Shown here in pieces: positions 46,081-59,411 of a stretch of DNA of 64,000 bases. The notes below the pieces were generated by a model that saw nothing but the letters and a program-made list of their open reading frames with translations, was not told the DNA's origin and searched no databases. Position 1 is the stretch's first letter, and each line of letters begins with the position of its first letter. The stretch covers positions 62,001-126,000 of the forward strand of contig JAHLWZ010000448.1 of NCBI GenBank assembly GCA_020536535.1. The letters are read 5' to 3'. A program made the position numbers and the translations under genes. The DNA comes from Pelomyxa schiedti (Eukaryota; Protista; Evosea).

Positions 46081-48942
46081 ATGTCGGGTGAGGAGTCATC
46101 CGTGTTGGTCGGGGGCGACGCCAACAGCCCGTCGGAGCGTCAGCAGCTCGAGCTGTTGCAACAAGGGCGCTTGCAGCCTGCAATGGCGTCGTCAGTCCCT
46201 GTAACCGTTGCCGAGAGCACCAGTACAAACGCAACTGCGTCCAAGCTGGACAACAAGGGCCAGGATTCGGGGGTGACGTCACCGTCAACGGTGGGTCACG
46301 GTGATGGGGCCGTGCTGGCTCAGAGTGGGAATGGGAATGGGACTGGGACTGCGAATTCGGGTCACAACAATGGCCACGGGCGTGGCCACCGGTGTGCCAA
46401 CTGCCCAAATCGCAATCGCAATCACACCCATAATCCGGGGCATTGCGACGAAGGCAGTGGTGGGAAGAGTGGCGAGTGCCGCTGTCAGGGAAGATGTGCC
46501 CAACTACATAGTAAACTGCAACCCAAAGATGAAGACGGTATGTGCCCTCTCTATCCGTGTCCTCTCTTTTTTTCTTTCCCATTAATTCTCATTTTTTTTC
46601 TTTCCTCTGCTTGGCACTCTGCAGTCAAAGGTATGGGCCCACACTTAAGACACACTACCCTGAAAACCCACCAGATATTATTACCGCGGCCAAGTTAGGA
46701 GTACTAAGCAAGGTAGTTCAATTCTGTGAAGAAAGCCCTGAGTCTGTGAACATGAAAGACCCCGCTGATTCGGCCACACCCCTTCACTGGGCCAGGTTCG
46801 TAAATAGCAGCAAGTTTCACTCTCAAATTTCGTTGAACCAGTTATAATGCACACTTTGATGTGGTTAAATTTTTGGTCTCTCGAGGAGCCGACCTTGAGG
46901 CATCAACAACTTCCGATAAAAGGTATTCTTTTGTGCCAAATTAATCACTCTAAACAAAAAGAGGACTCCACTTCACTGGGCCATTGTGGGTGGAAACCTA
47001 GGTGTCGTCTCATACCTCATCAAGCAGGTTTATGTTTCGTTGGCACAAGGGCTCTCATAATAAATGTAGGGTTCTGATGTGAGTAGATTAGATTCACGAG
47101 GCTATAACCCTCTCCATATCGCTGTCCAGCATGGTTCGGACAAATGTGTTTTTTACTTTACTTTGATGGGGATCTCCATTGATGCAAGAGGTATTAATGG
47201 AACACTTGGATAATACTAAGAAATCAAAGATTCAGAAGGGCACACTCCTCTTCACTGGGCTGCCTACGAAGGAAATGATATCGCACTTCGATTCCTCATT
47301 AACCACGGAGTATTTCACCCAAATTTTCTCAGTGGACAATAGTTTATTCACTCCTTAAGGCCAATTTAAATCACCTCGACTCTAGTGGAAAAACACCTCT
47401 ACACTGGGCGGCAATTAAAGGAAACCTGTTTTGTTGTAGGGTTGTAATTCGTGATATTTTCTCTTCTAAATCTTAGAAGATATTATTGTCAGAAGGAGCT
47501 GACCCACACCACCAAGACAACACAAGGCAAGTCAATATTTTCGAAAAAGTTTACTCACGTTGAATCCAGTTCAACACCATTGGTATATGCTTTTGAAAAG
47601 AAATTTTTCCCGATAGCAAGGCTTTTAAGAATGGCCATGCGAAAGTCTCTTTTCAAGAAGGTACCATAATTTCTCCCCTTTCTTTTTCTAAATCAACAAA
47701 GAACTTAGAAAGGCTGAACCCACTTTGGGTCTTTCTGGGCCTTTCTTCAGTAACCGTGTCCACTTTTTTGATTGCAACTTTACCGTTACTACTGGCTATT
47801 TTTATCATTTTCGTTTTCACAATGGTCATCGTTGGTGTCACTCCTCATCGATGTCCCTTGTAGGACTTCCACTTTTTCCTTATCCACTAAAAAATAACAG
47901 GGAAGGAATGAGCCAAAAGAATCCACTCTGGTTATGCATTTTTTGTAGTGGCTTAGCCACGTCTGCCTTTATCTACTTTCATACCTTAATACATGGTAGT
48001 TGTTTCCTTGTCTATACACTCGCGTAATGCCGTTCCTTCGTCAGAATTGGGTGTTGTCTCCAACTTACTCTTTATTGCTGCGAATTTTGCAATGATGTAT
48101 GCCTACTACTTTATGGCTACTGGTGATCCTGGATTCCTTCCCCAAAATACCATAACTTTAGCGGTATTTTGACCGTTGCCGTAATTACTCTCAAACTCCA
48201 TAAGAAACTTGAAGAGCTTATCAGCACTGATGAACTCTCCAAAAAGGACATCTGCCTTCACTGCTCCGTAATTGTTCATTCCTTTTACGTATTCTAATGG
48301 ATTTCTCAAGACTTTACGTCCACTGCGTTCCCGGCATTGCTTTACATGTGACCGATGCGTTTCTCGGTTTGACCATCACTGTGCATGGGTGAACAACTGT
48401 GTTGGATTTAAAAATCACCGAGTTTTTCACTTCCTCACTTTCATGACAACAATGTTACACGTTGTTTTCATTCTCATGTGCATGTCATGTGTGCATTCCT
48501 CACTACCCTATCCATTTTTTCCTAATGGATTTTTTGAAGATATTTACCATTCATGCTACCCCGACATCCTGAGGGTATTCTCACTTGACACCCTCAGAAT
48601 CATTCTAAGGGAAAAGCTTATACTGTGGACTATCCTGTTTCATCTAGGGTTTTTCTCTTGGGAATTCCAGGTGAGAAAGACCTTTCTTAAAAACTGCTCC
48701 AACATTCACTCCCCTCCTTTCAGGTTGCGTTTTTCCAGACTTGGTGTGTTCTACGGAACGTAACACTGAATGAGCATTTCAACTGGCAGAAAATTCCTTG
48801 GCTGCAATCGGCATCCGGCACGTTTCGAAACCCCTTTGCTCATGGGATGACCAGAAATCTTGTGGAATTCTACACCAGCAGTGTGGACTACAGCAACATC
48901 TTTTCTATTGAAAACCCAACTGCATTGGCGGAAATTGTATAG
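46081..48942 (+). CDS. Ankyrin-repeat DHHC palmitoyltransferase (Akr1/ZDHHC13/17 type); multi-exon
   Basis: Multiple TPLHWA ankyrin repeats; TM segments; DPG; [35 protein letters not shown]; NVTLNE; NPF..G...N. Confidence 0.93.
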
Positions 48943-49013
48943 GGTCTTTCTTATGTAAGGGTTAAAACAAAATGTCCAAAAACTTTTGGTTTTTTTCTTT
49001 TTTTTAGTACGTT

Positions 49014-50702
49014 TCACACTGTTACTACTGATGATAGGGTGATAAAGGTTACACCAATGATGGTGACTAGGAAGGCAGCACCAAGCATGAGCAATGGTAT
49101 TTTGTCTGTGATTTCTCTAAATACAATTACACCCCAGAGAGCAGCAACAATGCCGGGGCCGGTAGCGCATATAGGGAAGGTAATGACCATAGACAAGTTG
49201 GAATTGGCTACAAACATGGCTATTTGGGCAACAGCCCAAATCTATAGGGATTTGAGAGATGTCTTGAAGACGAGGAGAAACATACACAGCCAGATACAAA
49301 ACCTTGAGAATAGGAAAACGAGGGACCATTAGTAAGTTTTGGGTAGGTGGGAAAAGAAATACCAGGAAGTATTGCTGAAGGAAAAACGACTGGAACGTTC
49401 TTCTTGAAAATGCAATACACAAGCAAATAGAATGTACTTGTAGCCAGGATGCCGCAAAAGTGGCTGAAAACGTAATCTATTCCATTACTACTGTGCCCTT
49501 CGTCTGCATTGTCAATAAGATACTGCGGGGGATCGAAATTTGCGCCATAGAAACATCCACTAATTAGTGCTAGTACAACACCCAGTATTTTCTACCGAAA
49601 TATTAAGTCGTTATTCTGTAAATACATGCGAAGGTTTCAAATGTAATGAACCTTTTGGGTATTGGTCAATTTATCAAGCATTGGCTTCGTCTTAGGAGGC
49701 GTGTAATTCACTAGCAGGGGATTACTGGTTTCTTCATCACTGGACTCTTTATCGCCAGGTTTAGTTTGTACAAATGCAAACAATATAACTGCACAAGCGC
49801 ATATTGCTGCTCCAATGTAGTTGAATATTGGAGAACTCACTTGACGAAACTAAGACTTCGCTAAAAAGAAGGAGTAATAAATACCTTCTTGCTTATCGAG
49901 TCCAAAAAGTCCAAATGTGCCACTGCACCAGCCCATGAGGAGATTCGTCTACAATATCTTTCAGTACCAAGCAGAGAAATTGTGGAGGGTTGCAAGTGAT
50001 TTGTGCTTGTTTAGAAACTCACCACCCCCCACAAAGACAAACCAAGGGCAAGCCCAACAAGCTTGATAATAGGAACGGCCAATATATTTCCTAATATTAG
50101 AAAAAGACCGCAAATTAGATGATGCAACGCAAGAAGAGACGTCACCTGAGCACCACAAAACTCCACCAAGCATTGCCAAGGGCTCGAACTTGGAAAGGCG
50201 TATTCCATTTACAATAAGCCCGCAGCACCAAATTCCAATGCACATGACCCATTGGAAGAACACACTATCTCGGTATTAGTAGGCTCAACTAAGTTTTCAC
50301 AATTAAAGTAAAGGAAAGAGTAGATTGTACCCGTCTCCTGTCTTGAACTTTTTCACAGGAACTGGTGTTTGTGTTTTCTTAATAAAGACCCAAAGGGAAA
50401 AAACAAGACCACTCACCAAAGTTGCTCCCAAATCCAAGTACTGAGATTGTTACAGCGATAAATCCAACAGTCATTTGCACTGCATCAGACCAACCAGACG
50501 ATGAGGACGATGAAGACCAAGATTGCGATGGAGACGAAAAAGACTCCCACACAGAAGAAATATACGACGAGTACGAAGAGGAATCGGACTTGGAAGAACT
50601 CGACGTCTGCGCGTTTACAACGACGACCAGCGACGTCAACGCCAGCATGAAACAACACCCACCAGGACCAACAAACCCAATCCCTCTACGAGATCTCGTC
50701 AT
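49014..50702 (-). CDS. TMEM144: Transmembrane protein 144 (drug/metabolite transporter superfamily); multi-exon
   Basis: FGSNFVPVKK..TGD.VFFQWVMC.GI, PLAMLGG.LW, VPIIKLVGLALG, GW....FG.FG, GCFYG.NF.P, DY.FSHFCGI, GPGIVAALWGVIVFREI. Confidence 0.9.
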
Positions 50703-50968
50703 CTTCGGTATCACCACCCCCTCGCTGCTTGCCGTATGCTTATTTTTATTCGAATGTCTGTACGAAGGGAAAAATAAAGAAAGAAATTTCAGTGGTGATT
50801 CGGCCTACAGCTGCGCAGAAAATTTTTATTGGATCTCCAGATCCCCACGGTGACACACCAGGTTCATTGAGGCCTCACTAATTGAAAAAAGAAAGTGTTA
50901 ACGTGCTGCCCCTGTCAAAAGTTTGGTGGTAATCTTACAATCAGTTTGAAGGAAAAGTTTTACTGTTA

Positions 50969-51665
50969 TCACTGCATAAATATTCTTTGTCCAAGCCTTC
51001 TTACTTTTGTATCAAATGCAGTGGATGTGATAGTGGTGTTTGGTACATAAAAAGGATTCAGAAGAACCTGTTTGTTGGGGAAAAAAAAACCAGAATTAGT
51101 AAAAATCTTGCGAGGCAATTTGGAGACCTTTAGATAAAGCTCATGAACTTCAGTAAAGAATGTTCGAATTGCAGTGTCGAATTTGACGGTGCTGTCTTCT
51201 TCCTTGTTGTGGAGTAAAAGAAATTTAACATCTGGAAATAACATTGTTTAGTGCAAGTGGTAATCATGCGATATTTACATACGGCCAGATGTAACCCAGG
51301 CAGATATAGACATTTTTGCAAAGCGATCAACGGCTTTTAAATACCTGCAAAGCAACAAAGATATACGTAACCAAAGCAAAAAAAAGTTCTACGGAGTACA
51401 TGTCTTTGACTTTCCACTTTTGTTCATCCACCAAGTCCAAGGCAGAGTGCAATATAAAGTGATTTAAATGCATTGATTCTTGCTTGTTTCAAAAACAAAG
51501 CAAGTAAGGGTCAGTAACAATGCCTGAGGGAAAAGAAAAAACGCGATGCCAAACACATTAAAATTTCCCTGCCTTTGGAGCACTGAAGTCAGCTTCATAT
51601 ATCGGATTGTCGTTTGTTCCCACAATCACGAACATGCACACCATCCCACCCTTGCCTCCGGACAT
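50969..51665 (-). CDS. TRAPPC2: TRAPP complex subunit 2 (sedlin/Trs20); multi-exon
   Basis: [76 protein letters not shown]. Confidence 0.95.
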
Positions 51666-51735
51666 TTTCGGCACAAAACAAAGATTGATCCAATGAAATC
51701 TCCAAACAGGAAAAAAAACCGTGTGAAGGGACAGG

Positions 51736-53474
51736 ATGGGCGACTGCGTCCGTTGCCCGAGCGTCCACCAGTCGTGCACTTATGGGACAACTGCAACGAC
51801 CCACTGTTGCGTGTTTTGCTTGTTGCCACAAACTGTTTTTGTTCATATCATTGGCAAATTGGACGAGAGCTCTGCCCTGTGCATGGTAGCCTTGGCCCAC
51901 AAACCCATAACTGCGGCCGTTGTTGCTGCTACCAATCTCGGCCTCATTCACGTAACTGCCATTGGTGCGTCTGTGTTTATGTAGATAGTGGAGCGGGTAA
52001 CTGCTGTCATTAAATTTTTTTTGGCCTGAATATGGTGCTGTTGCATTTTGTGACCATCAAAAACTAAGGTTGGAAGAGGTCTGTTGTGTATAATTTTGGA
52101 GTTGGCCTCACTTGCCACTCATGGCACCCTCATTTGACCCACCTTGCTGTCTGTCCTTCATCAAATAAAGTTGAGGTGTGACACAGTGACACTCCTTTCT
52201 TCTCCAGTGACTATTGTAGGTTTGGAAAGTAACAAAAGCTGAATCTGGTTTCTCAGTGCATAAGGTACCGAAAATATAAACGATCCTGGAAATAAGTAAC
52301 AATCTAGTCTGCGACGCTCCATATTGAGGATGGTTGTGACGACCACATACAACCAATCACATGTGTTGATTGGGGGTTAAATGGCTACCAACTAGTATAT
52401 GGTTCAGAGGATCACATGGTTTCCGTCTGGATGAGAGCCTCAGATGAGACTTTCAGCTGTTTTTATGATCACCCAGCTTGGGTCAGGTAATTGTTCTTTT
52501 AAACATGATTGATATCAATTTCACAAAGGAACCTGCAAACATAACTAGAAGGGGGATAAAAAATCTGAAGTGCAATCCCTCGAACCCTGAACATGCTTAT
52601 GCTTGTGGATCGGCTATTTGCCTCACTTGGTATTATGACGGTTGTCCTCCTTCCTTTTTTTAATGCACTAATAAATTTCCGATCAAGAGTGTAATAGGTG
52701 GACATCTCGAAGACTTAAAGTTCACGCCCATGCAGTTACCTGTCTTGCCTGGCACCCAAATAAGGTTGTACCGCAATAAATTTCCTAGACTTAGGAAATG
52801 AATTAAAGATTTACCTCCCTAGATTCTGCTTGCCAGTGGTTCAATTGATGGCGCTGTCAAAGTGTCCATGTTTGCCACCATGGGTACATTTTTTTCACCT
52901 TTCAATACTCATTAAGTTAATATACAGCCACCCGCAAAACGGTAAAGAACACCCATTGTGAGTTCTCAAGTGACACTGGGGCCTGGGTTCATGCTGTATG
53001 CTGGTCTCCTCAAGGAAAACTTGCTTGCTCTTCCCACAGTAGCACAATTTCCATTATTGGTAGCCTTCCTTCCTCTCAAGGCTGTGACTTACTTGACTTT
53101 AGATTACCACAGACCCGGAAAACCCAAGACACAAATTTCCTTTCCAATGCTCCCAATGACTGGGATTGGGTTTGTCTCTGAAAATCTGCTTATTGCATGC
53201 GGTCATGACTCTGTACCTTTTATCTTTGGGTGCAGTGAATCAGGTACTGGCCCCATATTGTGTGGGTGAGAATTTTCCAACCATGGTTAATGTAGGTGGG
53301 ACGTGGAGGTTGATTTCTGGGATATCCACAACTGGTGTACTTTTTTCAGTTGACCACCGCTACTACTATCGAGAGGTAGAACCCACTACAAGTTCATCCC
53401 AGTTTTTCCCCAATAGAAGCTGTTTCAGCACTGCAGATTCCAAGGGCTGCGTTGCATTGTGGGAACCCCTCTGA
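51736..53474 (+). CDS. WD40 protein, divergent Arp2/3 subunit ARPC1 (p41)-like; multi-exon
   Basis: HIQPITCVDW, GSED..VSVW, AICLTWYY, VTCLAWHPN.ILLASGSIDG, VHAVCWSP.G.LA..SHSSTI, LP...FVSENLLIACGHD..P, FSTADS.G.V.LW. Confidence 0.7.
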
Positions 53475-53870
53475 TTTGTTCTTGTGATGTGTTGTATCAA
53501 AAAAAACCATTGGCACTATGCCAAGATAGCATTGTGGGTTTGCTCAGATTCATGTGGGGCACCCAGTGAAAACTACTGGTTGGGAATCTGTAGCCTGCGG
53601 CAAGGCCAAGCAGCCGCGGCCAAGTTGGTGCCCCGCCCTGCCTCGTCATCGAAAAGAGGCTTTGACTGTCTGCCTGTCAGGTTCTTCGCAGCCAACATGC
53701 ATGTTCCAAATCTTCAATGCAATTACACCCGAATCTTCTAGTTTCATTGATCAATCACATTTTTAATAAAACCCTGCACGTGACGGTGCAGTCAATAAGT
53801 CATTGTTGGGGAGAGAGAAGGGCAGCAAAGAGGGAAAAAAAAACCAAAACAACAAGAAAAACAGAACAAG

Positions 53871-55954
53871 ATGGGTGGGTACTCTCTTTGTGTGATAGGC
53901 GTCGCATGTGCGCTGACGTGGATTCTCGCGCGTATTATCCCCCCGTTTCGAGATCTCAAAGCTTCTATATTCAAATGGGGCTTCCGGTGTGTTTCATGCA
54001 TTTGTTGGGGGGTTATTGGAAAAAAGAGGCTGTATATTTACCTGGTAAAAATGCAGAGCTGTGGTGTCAATTCCAGCAGCACAGCGGTTTGTTGACAAGT
54101 CAAGAGAAACTGCAATAACTATGCTCGAGGAAGATCATAGAAAAACTACTGCTGAATTGCCTAAATTCACTTCTCTCCCTGAAGTCGGGTTGCCTGTGGA
54201 ACAAGTGATGGGCTTATTGAAAGACGCAAAGAGAATAGAAGAGACTTACCGCGATGGAATGAATGTGGGGTTTCATTCAGTGCCGCTTTGTTTTAACGTT
54301 ATGAACAGTACTCTGGGTGCATGTATTCCGCAAATAATGTACACAATGAACTTGTTGCGGCAGCAACTACTTGGTTCACTTACTCGAATGCACTGCATAC
54401 AGATGTCTATGTCTGGTTGCCCAGTAATCATCTTGTCTGTGGCTAATATGCATACTAGTGTAAGGAAGATGGAAGCAGAGATCATCAAGATGACGGCAGC
54501 AATGCTGCATGGTGATAAAAGATCAGATGTCTGTGGTTTGGTTAGCAGCGGTGGTACTGAAAGGTAAGTCTCCCTCTCGAGAGAAAACGCTAAGATTTCA
54601 AAGTATTATCCTGGCAACAAAGGCACACCGCGACAGGGCAATTAAGCGCGGAATGAACCCTGACAGAATGGAGATTCTTGTTGCAGAATCAGCACACTCT
54701 GGTATAATCCCTTCATGATTGAAGACGACTCCTGATATCTCCAAAAAAGCTTATGTGAAGGCCGCAAATCTTCTCAGAGTTAAACTTGTACGTGTTCCTG
54801 TTAAGAAACCGACTATGGAAGCCGATGTGGATGCTATCAGTGCCAGAATCAATCGAAATACCTTCCTGGTTCGAAATTGACAATAAGTACACAAACTAAT
54901 TTTTTTTAGGTTGTGGCTTCTGCTCCAGGTTTCCCACATGGTGTAATTGACAACGTCGCGGCACTTGGTCAACTATGTTCAAGAGCGGGAATAGGGTTGC
55001 ACGTTGATGCCTGTCTTGGTGGATTTGTTCTCCCTTTTGCCAAACAACTAGGATATCCTGTTCCCAACTTTGATTTCCTGGTTGAGGGCGTTACATCCAT
55101 ATCATGTGACACCCATAAGGTTATTCATTACTCCACTTTTGAACTTCACCAACCGCTTTAGTACGGGTACGCCCCAAAGGGAACATCAGTTGTTCTGTTC
55201 GAGTCGCAGGAACTGCGCTCTCACGCCTTCTTTACTGATCCCGATTGGCCCGGAGGCCTGTACGTGGCGACTTTTTTAACCTGCTAATAACAATACAACA
55301 CCTAACCACATTAATAGTTATGGCTCAGCAACTCTTCTGGGGAGTAGGCCAGGTTGCGTGGTAGTTGGGACCTGGGCATCAATGATTCACAAGGGAATAT
55401 CTGGATATATGGCTGCTTCAAAAGCACTATTGGAGACCGCTGCTGAGATTGTTGCTGGGTACCTTTTCCTCTTTCCCACTTGTGAATCTCACCCAACCAG
55501 GTTACGTAAAGATCCTGATATTTCGATAATTGGTGATCCTGACAAGATTACATTTGGTATTTTTTTACTTTTATTTGGTCACTGGTAACCGTGATTATGA
55601 AAGTGATTCCTTTTACGACTAAATCCGTCAACATTTTCAAAGTTGCAGAAGCCCTGAGTAAGAGGCATTGGTCACTTAACGTGATGCAATATCCCAGGCA
55701 AGTGGAATAGCACCACGTGAGATGCACTTACATTTTCTCATAGTTCTGTACATCTGTGCGTCACAGAATGGCACACTGGTCGCGCACAAGACTTCCTGTC
55801 AAGCCTGCAAACAGCAATTCGTGAAGTTGCAGCTGACCCAAGCAAGTTCAATTCCAAGGCACCTTTCTATGCTGGTGCCTCACTCGTGGGTGACAGAGAC
55901 GTGCTGAAAGATTTCCTTGGTGATGTGATGGCTGTTGCAGAGGACACTGTATGA
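53871..55954 (+). CDS. SGPL1: Sphingosine-1-phosphate lyase (PLP-dependent); multi-exon
   Basis: N-terminal TM; [87 protein letters not shown]. Confidence 0.95.
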
Positions 55955-56124
55955 TGTTTCTAAAATTTTGAACCAAAATAATCTATGGGAATACTATCCC
56001 ATTTTCAAAAAGCCAGTAGATACAAGTGAAAATAGAATTCTCTTAGTGTACACCAAAAAAAAAACACCACCATCTATACAACACAAAGTCACTGGCGAGA
56101 TGCAGTAGCCAGCCAATGGCAAGT

Positions 56125-56917
56125 TCACATCACGGAGCACTTCTTGTCCTTCTTTGACACTCCCCTCTTCTTGCCCCTGCCTTTGCCCTTTGACTTGCCA
56201 GCCAAGTCCTCGCACTCATCCACGGCCCTCACCAGCATTCTAAAGGCCTCCTCCACGTTCATGTGGTTCTTCGCGCTGGTCTCGATGTGCTTCCAGCCAC
56301 AGGAATCGGCAAAGTCGGCGCCCTCTCTCGCAGACACCTTCCTCTCGCCGACCAAGTCGCACTTGTTGCCCACGAGCACGACGGGAGCGGGGCGCCGGTC
56401 GACCTCGTCGCGGTCCAGGTTCCGGCACAGCTGGATCCGCAAGTCGGCGCATTCCGCGAAGCTGGGGCGGGAGGTGATGCTGTAAACGACAAGGAATCCG
56501 CGCCCACAGCGCATGTATTGTGACCGCATGGCGGAATAACTGGGGGGGGGGGGAATCGTTAGGAAGGAAAACAAGAGGCTGGGGAATTGAATTTGCTGGG
56601 GTATTCTTATGGTCGTTATTATTTATTATAGTAAATAGACGAGAAACTCACTCTTCTTGGCCGGCAGTGTCGAGAATGTCAAGGACTACGACGCGACCTT
56701 CGACTTCGAATTGGGTGCGGTAGCTGTCCTCGATAGTGGGATCATATGATTCAATGCTAAACGTTGGGTAAGTGCACAGGCCATTGGGCAGGTTGAGAAT
56801 ATTCTATGTGTGGGAAAAAAAACCGTACAAGTGAGACATGCACAGCATGCAAGTGAGTGAGCTTTTGCCAACTGCCCCACCACCCAACACAACAAGTTTG
56901 TACTCTATCTGCTCCAT
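56125..56917 (-). CDS. Ras-subfamily small GTPase; 3 exons
   Basis: [45 protein letters not shown], polybasic tail and CaaX CSVM. Confidence 0.95.
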
Positions 56918-57346
56918 TTTCTTAATTCACTGTCTTGTTTTGTTGTAAATTGTCGCTCGCCATTTGAATCGTGTTGCCTTCAAAATTTTTTTTTGCCGTG
57001 AACAGACTTTGAACGGCCCCAACGCGAAATAAACCCGAAGAAAAAAAAAAAGCCCCGATTGTTTGAAGTAGCACTCCGAGAACTGATTTTGAGGCTGTGC
57101 CTGATAAAGTGAAACCCGAACACGTTCACTAAGTAATGAGACGACTCGACCAGTGCCCAGATGGGTATTCGTCCAATCCTCGCTTCTCAGATTTTCGCTT
57201 TGCTCAGCTTCCTAAAAAGAAGTCAGACCAGCAAGACTTCCGAAGCTACTTAGCAGAACTAGCCGTAAGTTCGCACTCCCCTTCGCAGGGAAACAAACCA
57301 ACCAAACGAAAACACCAACTAAAGGAAACCAGCCGAATCACCCGCG

Positions 57347-59113
57347 ATGCTAGGCGTCAAACGAGTGAACGATAAGCCCCTCCACGCCCCCTCGTCGTCG
57401 TCGCTTTGCAAGGTCGACGCACCCACGCCCTCGTCCTCGGCTTCATCTGCGGTTTCGTCCTCCCTGCCAATTCCCGAGGCGCAGCCGAAGCGCATGAGAA
57501 GACGAAAGCGCGCGGTCGGCGACGTGCTCTCCGTGTGCGACGACGCCAACAACTTCCCGCTCGCTCGCAGGATGAATTCGCTGCTTGGGGGCGGCGGCGC
57601 CGGAGATCTGAGCGCCGCAGTTGCATCCATCGCGAATCAGTTCCATCACCAGACCCCTGCTCATAGTCTACCCCAGCATCAGCAGGCACCAATGCAACTG
57701 CATGCTCAACAACATCAACAACAAAATGCCCTTGTGAATGCAATGGCTACGTCGATGTGTATTGATAATTACACCGGCCAGTTTTTCTTACGCCACAACG
57801 AGGCTTCCGAAACTGCAACTGCCGCAAATGCAGGCGCAAACGCGAATGCAACTGCGCGCTGTCTCCATGAATCGTCCCCAATTACCGGTCCCAGGACCAC
57901 AACTGCATCACAACCAAATCCCAAAAAACCTGATCCATCTGATGGCCAGCACTTGTTAGCAACACTTATGAACCCCTCTGGGGCTTCATCGTGGCACCAG
58001 GACCCACAAAATCCAGGCCTGAGGAATTCCTCAGAGAGCGTGGGGGTTCCGTCCCCGTCTCCTTTGGCCTCTCCTGGTAGCCCTCTCACATCGCCATTAC
58101 ATACACCTGCACACACACCGAGTCAAAATTCCGGTTGCAGTTCCAGTTCCGGCTCACCACTTTTTCCTACTGTAATGCAATGCCCATGTCTCCCACAAGA
58201 AACTGAACTACCTAGCCAAAGCACTCCAACCTCTGTTCTCGGAAGATGTTCGCCACTTACACCGGCTCCACCTTCCCCTGATACTCCTGTGGAGTGCTTA
58301 AGTGTTGACAAAAAAGTGCTCTCCCCTCCGAGTCATTTTTCCCTGCCTGATGTGAGAGATGAGAGTGCCTGTTCTCTCCCTAGCTACCCCCGTGTGACAC
58401 TTGTCAAGCGCAAAGGGTTAAAAAAACGAAGCAGGTTAAGGGAACTTAACAAAGCATGTCCTGTGACTTGCTTAGCTACAGAATCCGAGTATTGCAGTTC
58501 CCTGATACAGCCGCAATCCTACACCACTGTCTCCTTTATTTTGGAAATTCGTCCACGAATTCCAACGTCTTTTGACGGTATGAATCACTTTCTAACATAA
58601 ACTTGCGCTATTTAACAATAAAAACAGCAATCTTCCACCTTCTGAGAGTCATAGCTGACAGTGTTGATGATGCATTTGTGGTCATTCTTGATCAAGTACA
58701 CTTCGCCTTACAATTCCTAAAACCAATAACAATTGAAATAGAATGGTCTTGCAATACATTCCAATGATGTGGTTGCTAAAGCACTTAACATACCCCAATC
58801 GGAATTCTCCAACGGAGTTCCTTGGTTAGACGCCGTAGTTTCAAAGCAAGCTCAGAAGCAGTTATATGACGATTGGCCCACAATCATATCCGGTTCCAAA
58901 GATGGCACAAGAGAAACCTACGGCAATCACGTTGATACGTTCTATGGGCCAACACTGGTGCACTGGACCCATACTACAATCAAGGACCCAAGCTGCAAAG
59001 TGGCTGCTCTTGTAGTTGCATTTGGCAATCCACACAATCCCTCTGTGGATACCCGTGTACAACTTGCCAGGGAGGAGATAGAGGAAACATTTTTCCAGGG
59101 GGATGACCTTTGA
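57347..59113 (+). CDS. Low-complexity protein with C-terminal PAS domain; 3 exons
   Basis: Basic motif PKRMRRRKR, Q- and SP-rich middle; C-terminus IADSVDDAFVVILDQNG.AIHSND.V.KALNI...EF.NG.PW...VHWTHTTIKD...VAALVVAFG fits the PAS pattern. Confidence 0.6.
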
Positions 59114-59411
59114 GTTGGTCCTGTCCATCCCACCCCACGTCATGTAGCATACCACTATGTCATATACTATCAGTTTTGTAAACTACAAGCAGCCACAACA
59201 CGATTTAGCCAAAAGTTTTTTCCCATACTCCTTCCTGTCTTCGAAAATCCTAAATCCTGCCAAAGCAGTTGCCCCCACTTTCTAAAAATCTATCGTGCTT
59301 AAGTAGCCAATTTGGTACCCTCGAGTTCGGCCGAACTAACGAAAAACCACCCACTAACCAAAAAACAACAGCACCAATAGAAACATCAATCACCACAACA
59401 ACAGCAACACA

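Noticed and set aside
53480-53760. Possible ncRNA or small ORF between the ARPC1-like gene and S1P lyase
   Set aside because: No tRNA, snoRNA or protein motifs I can identify
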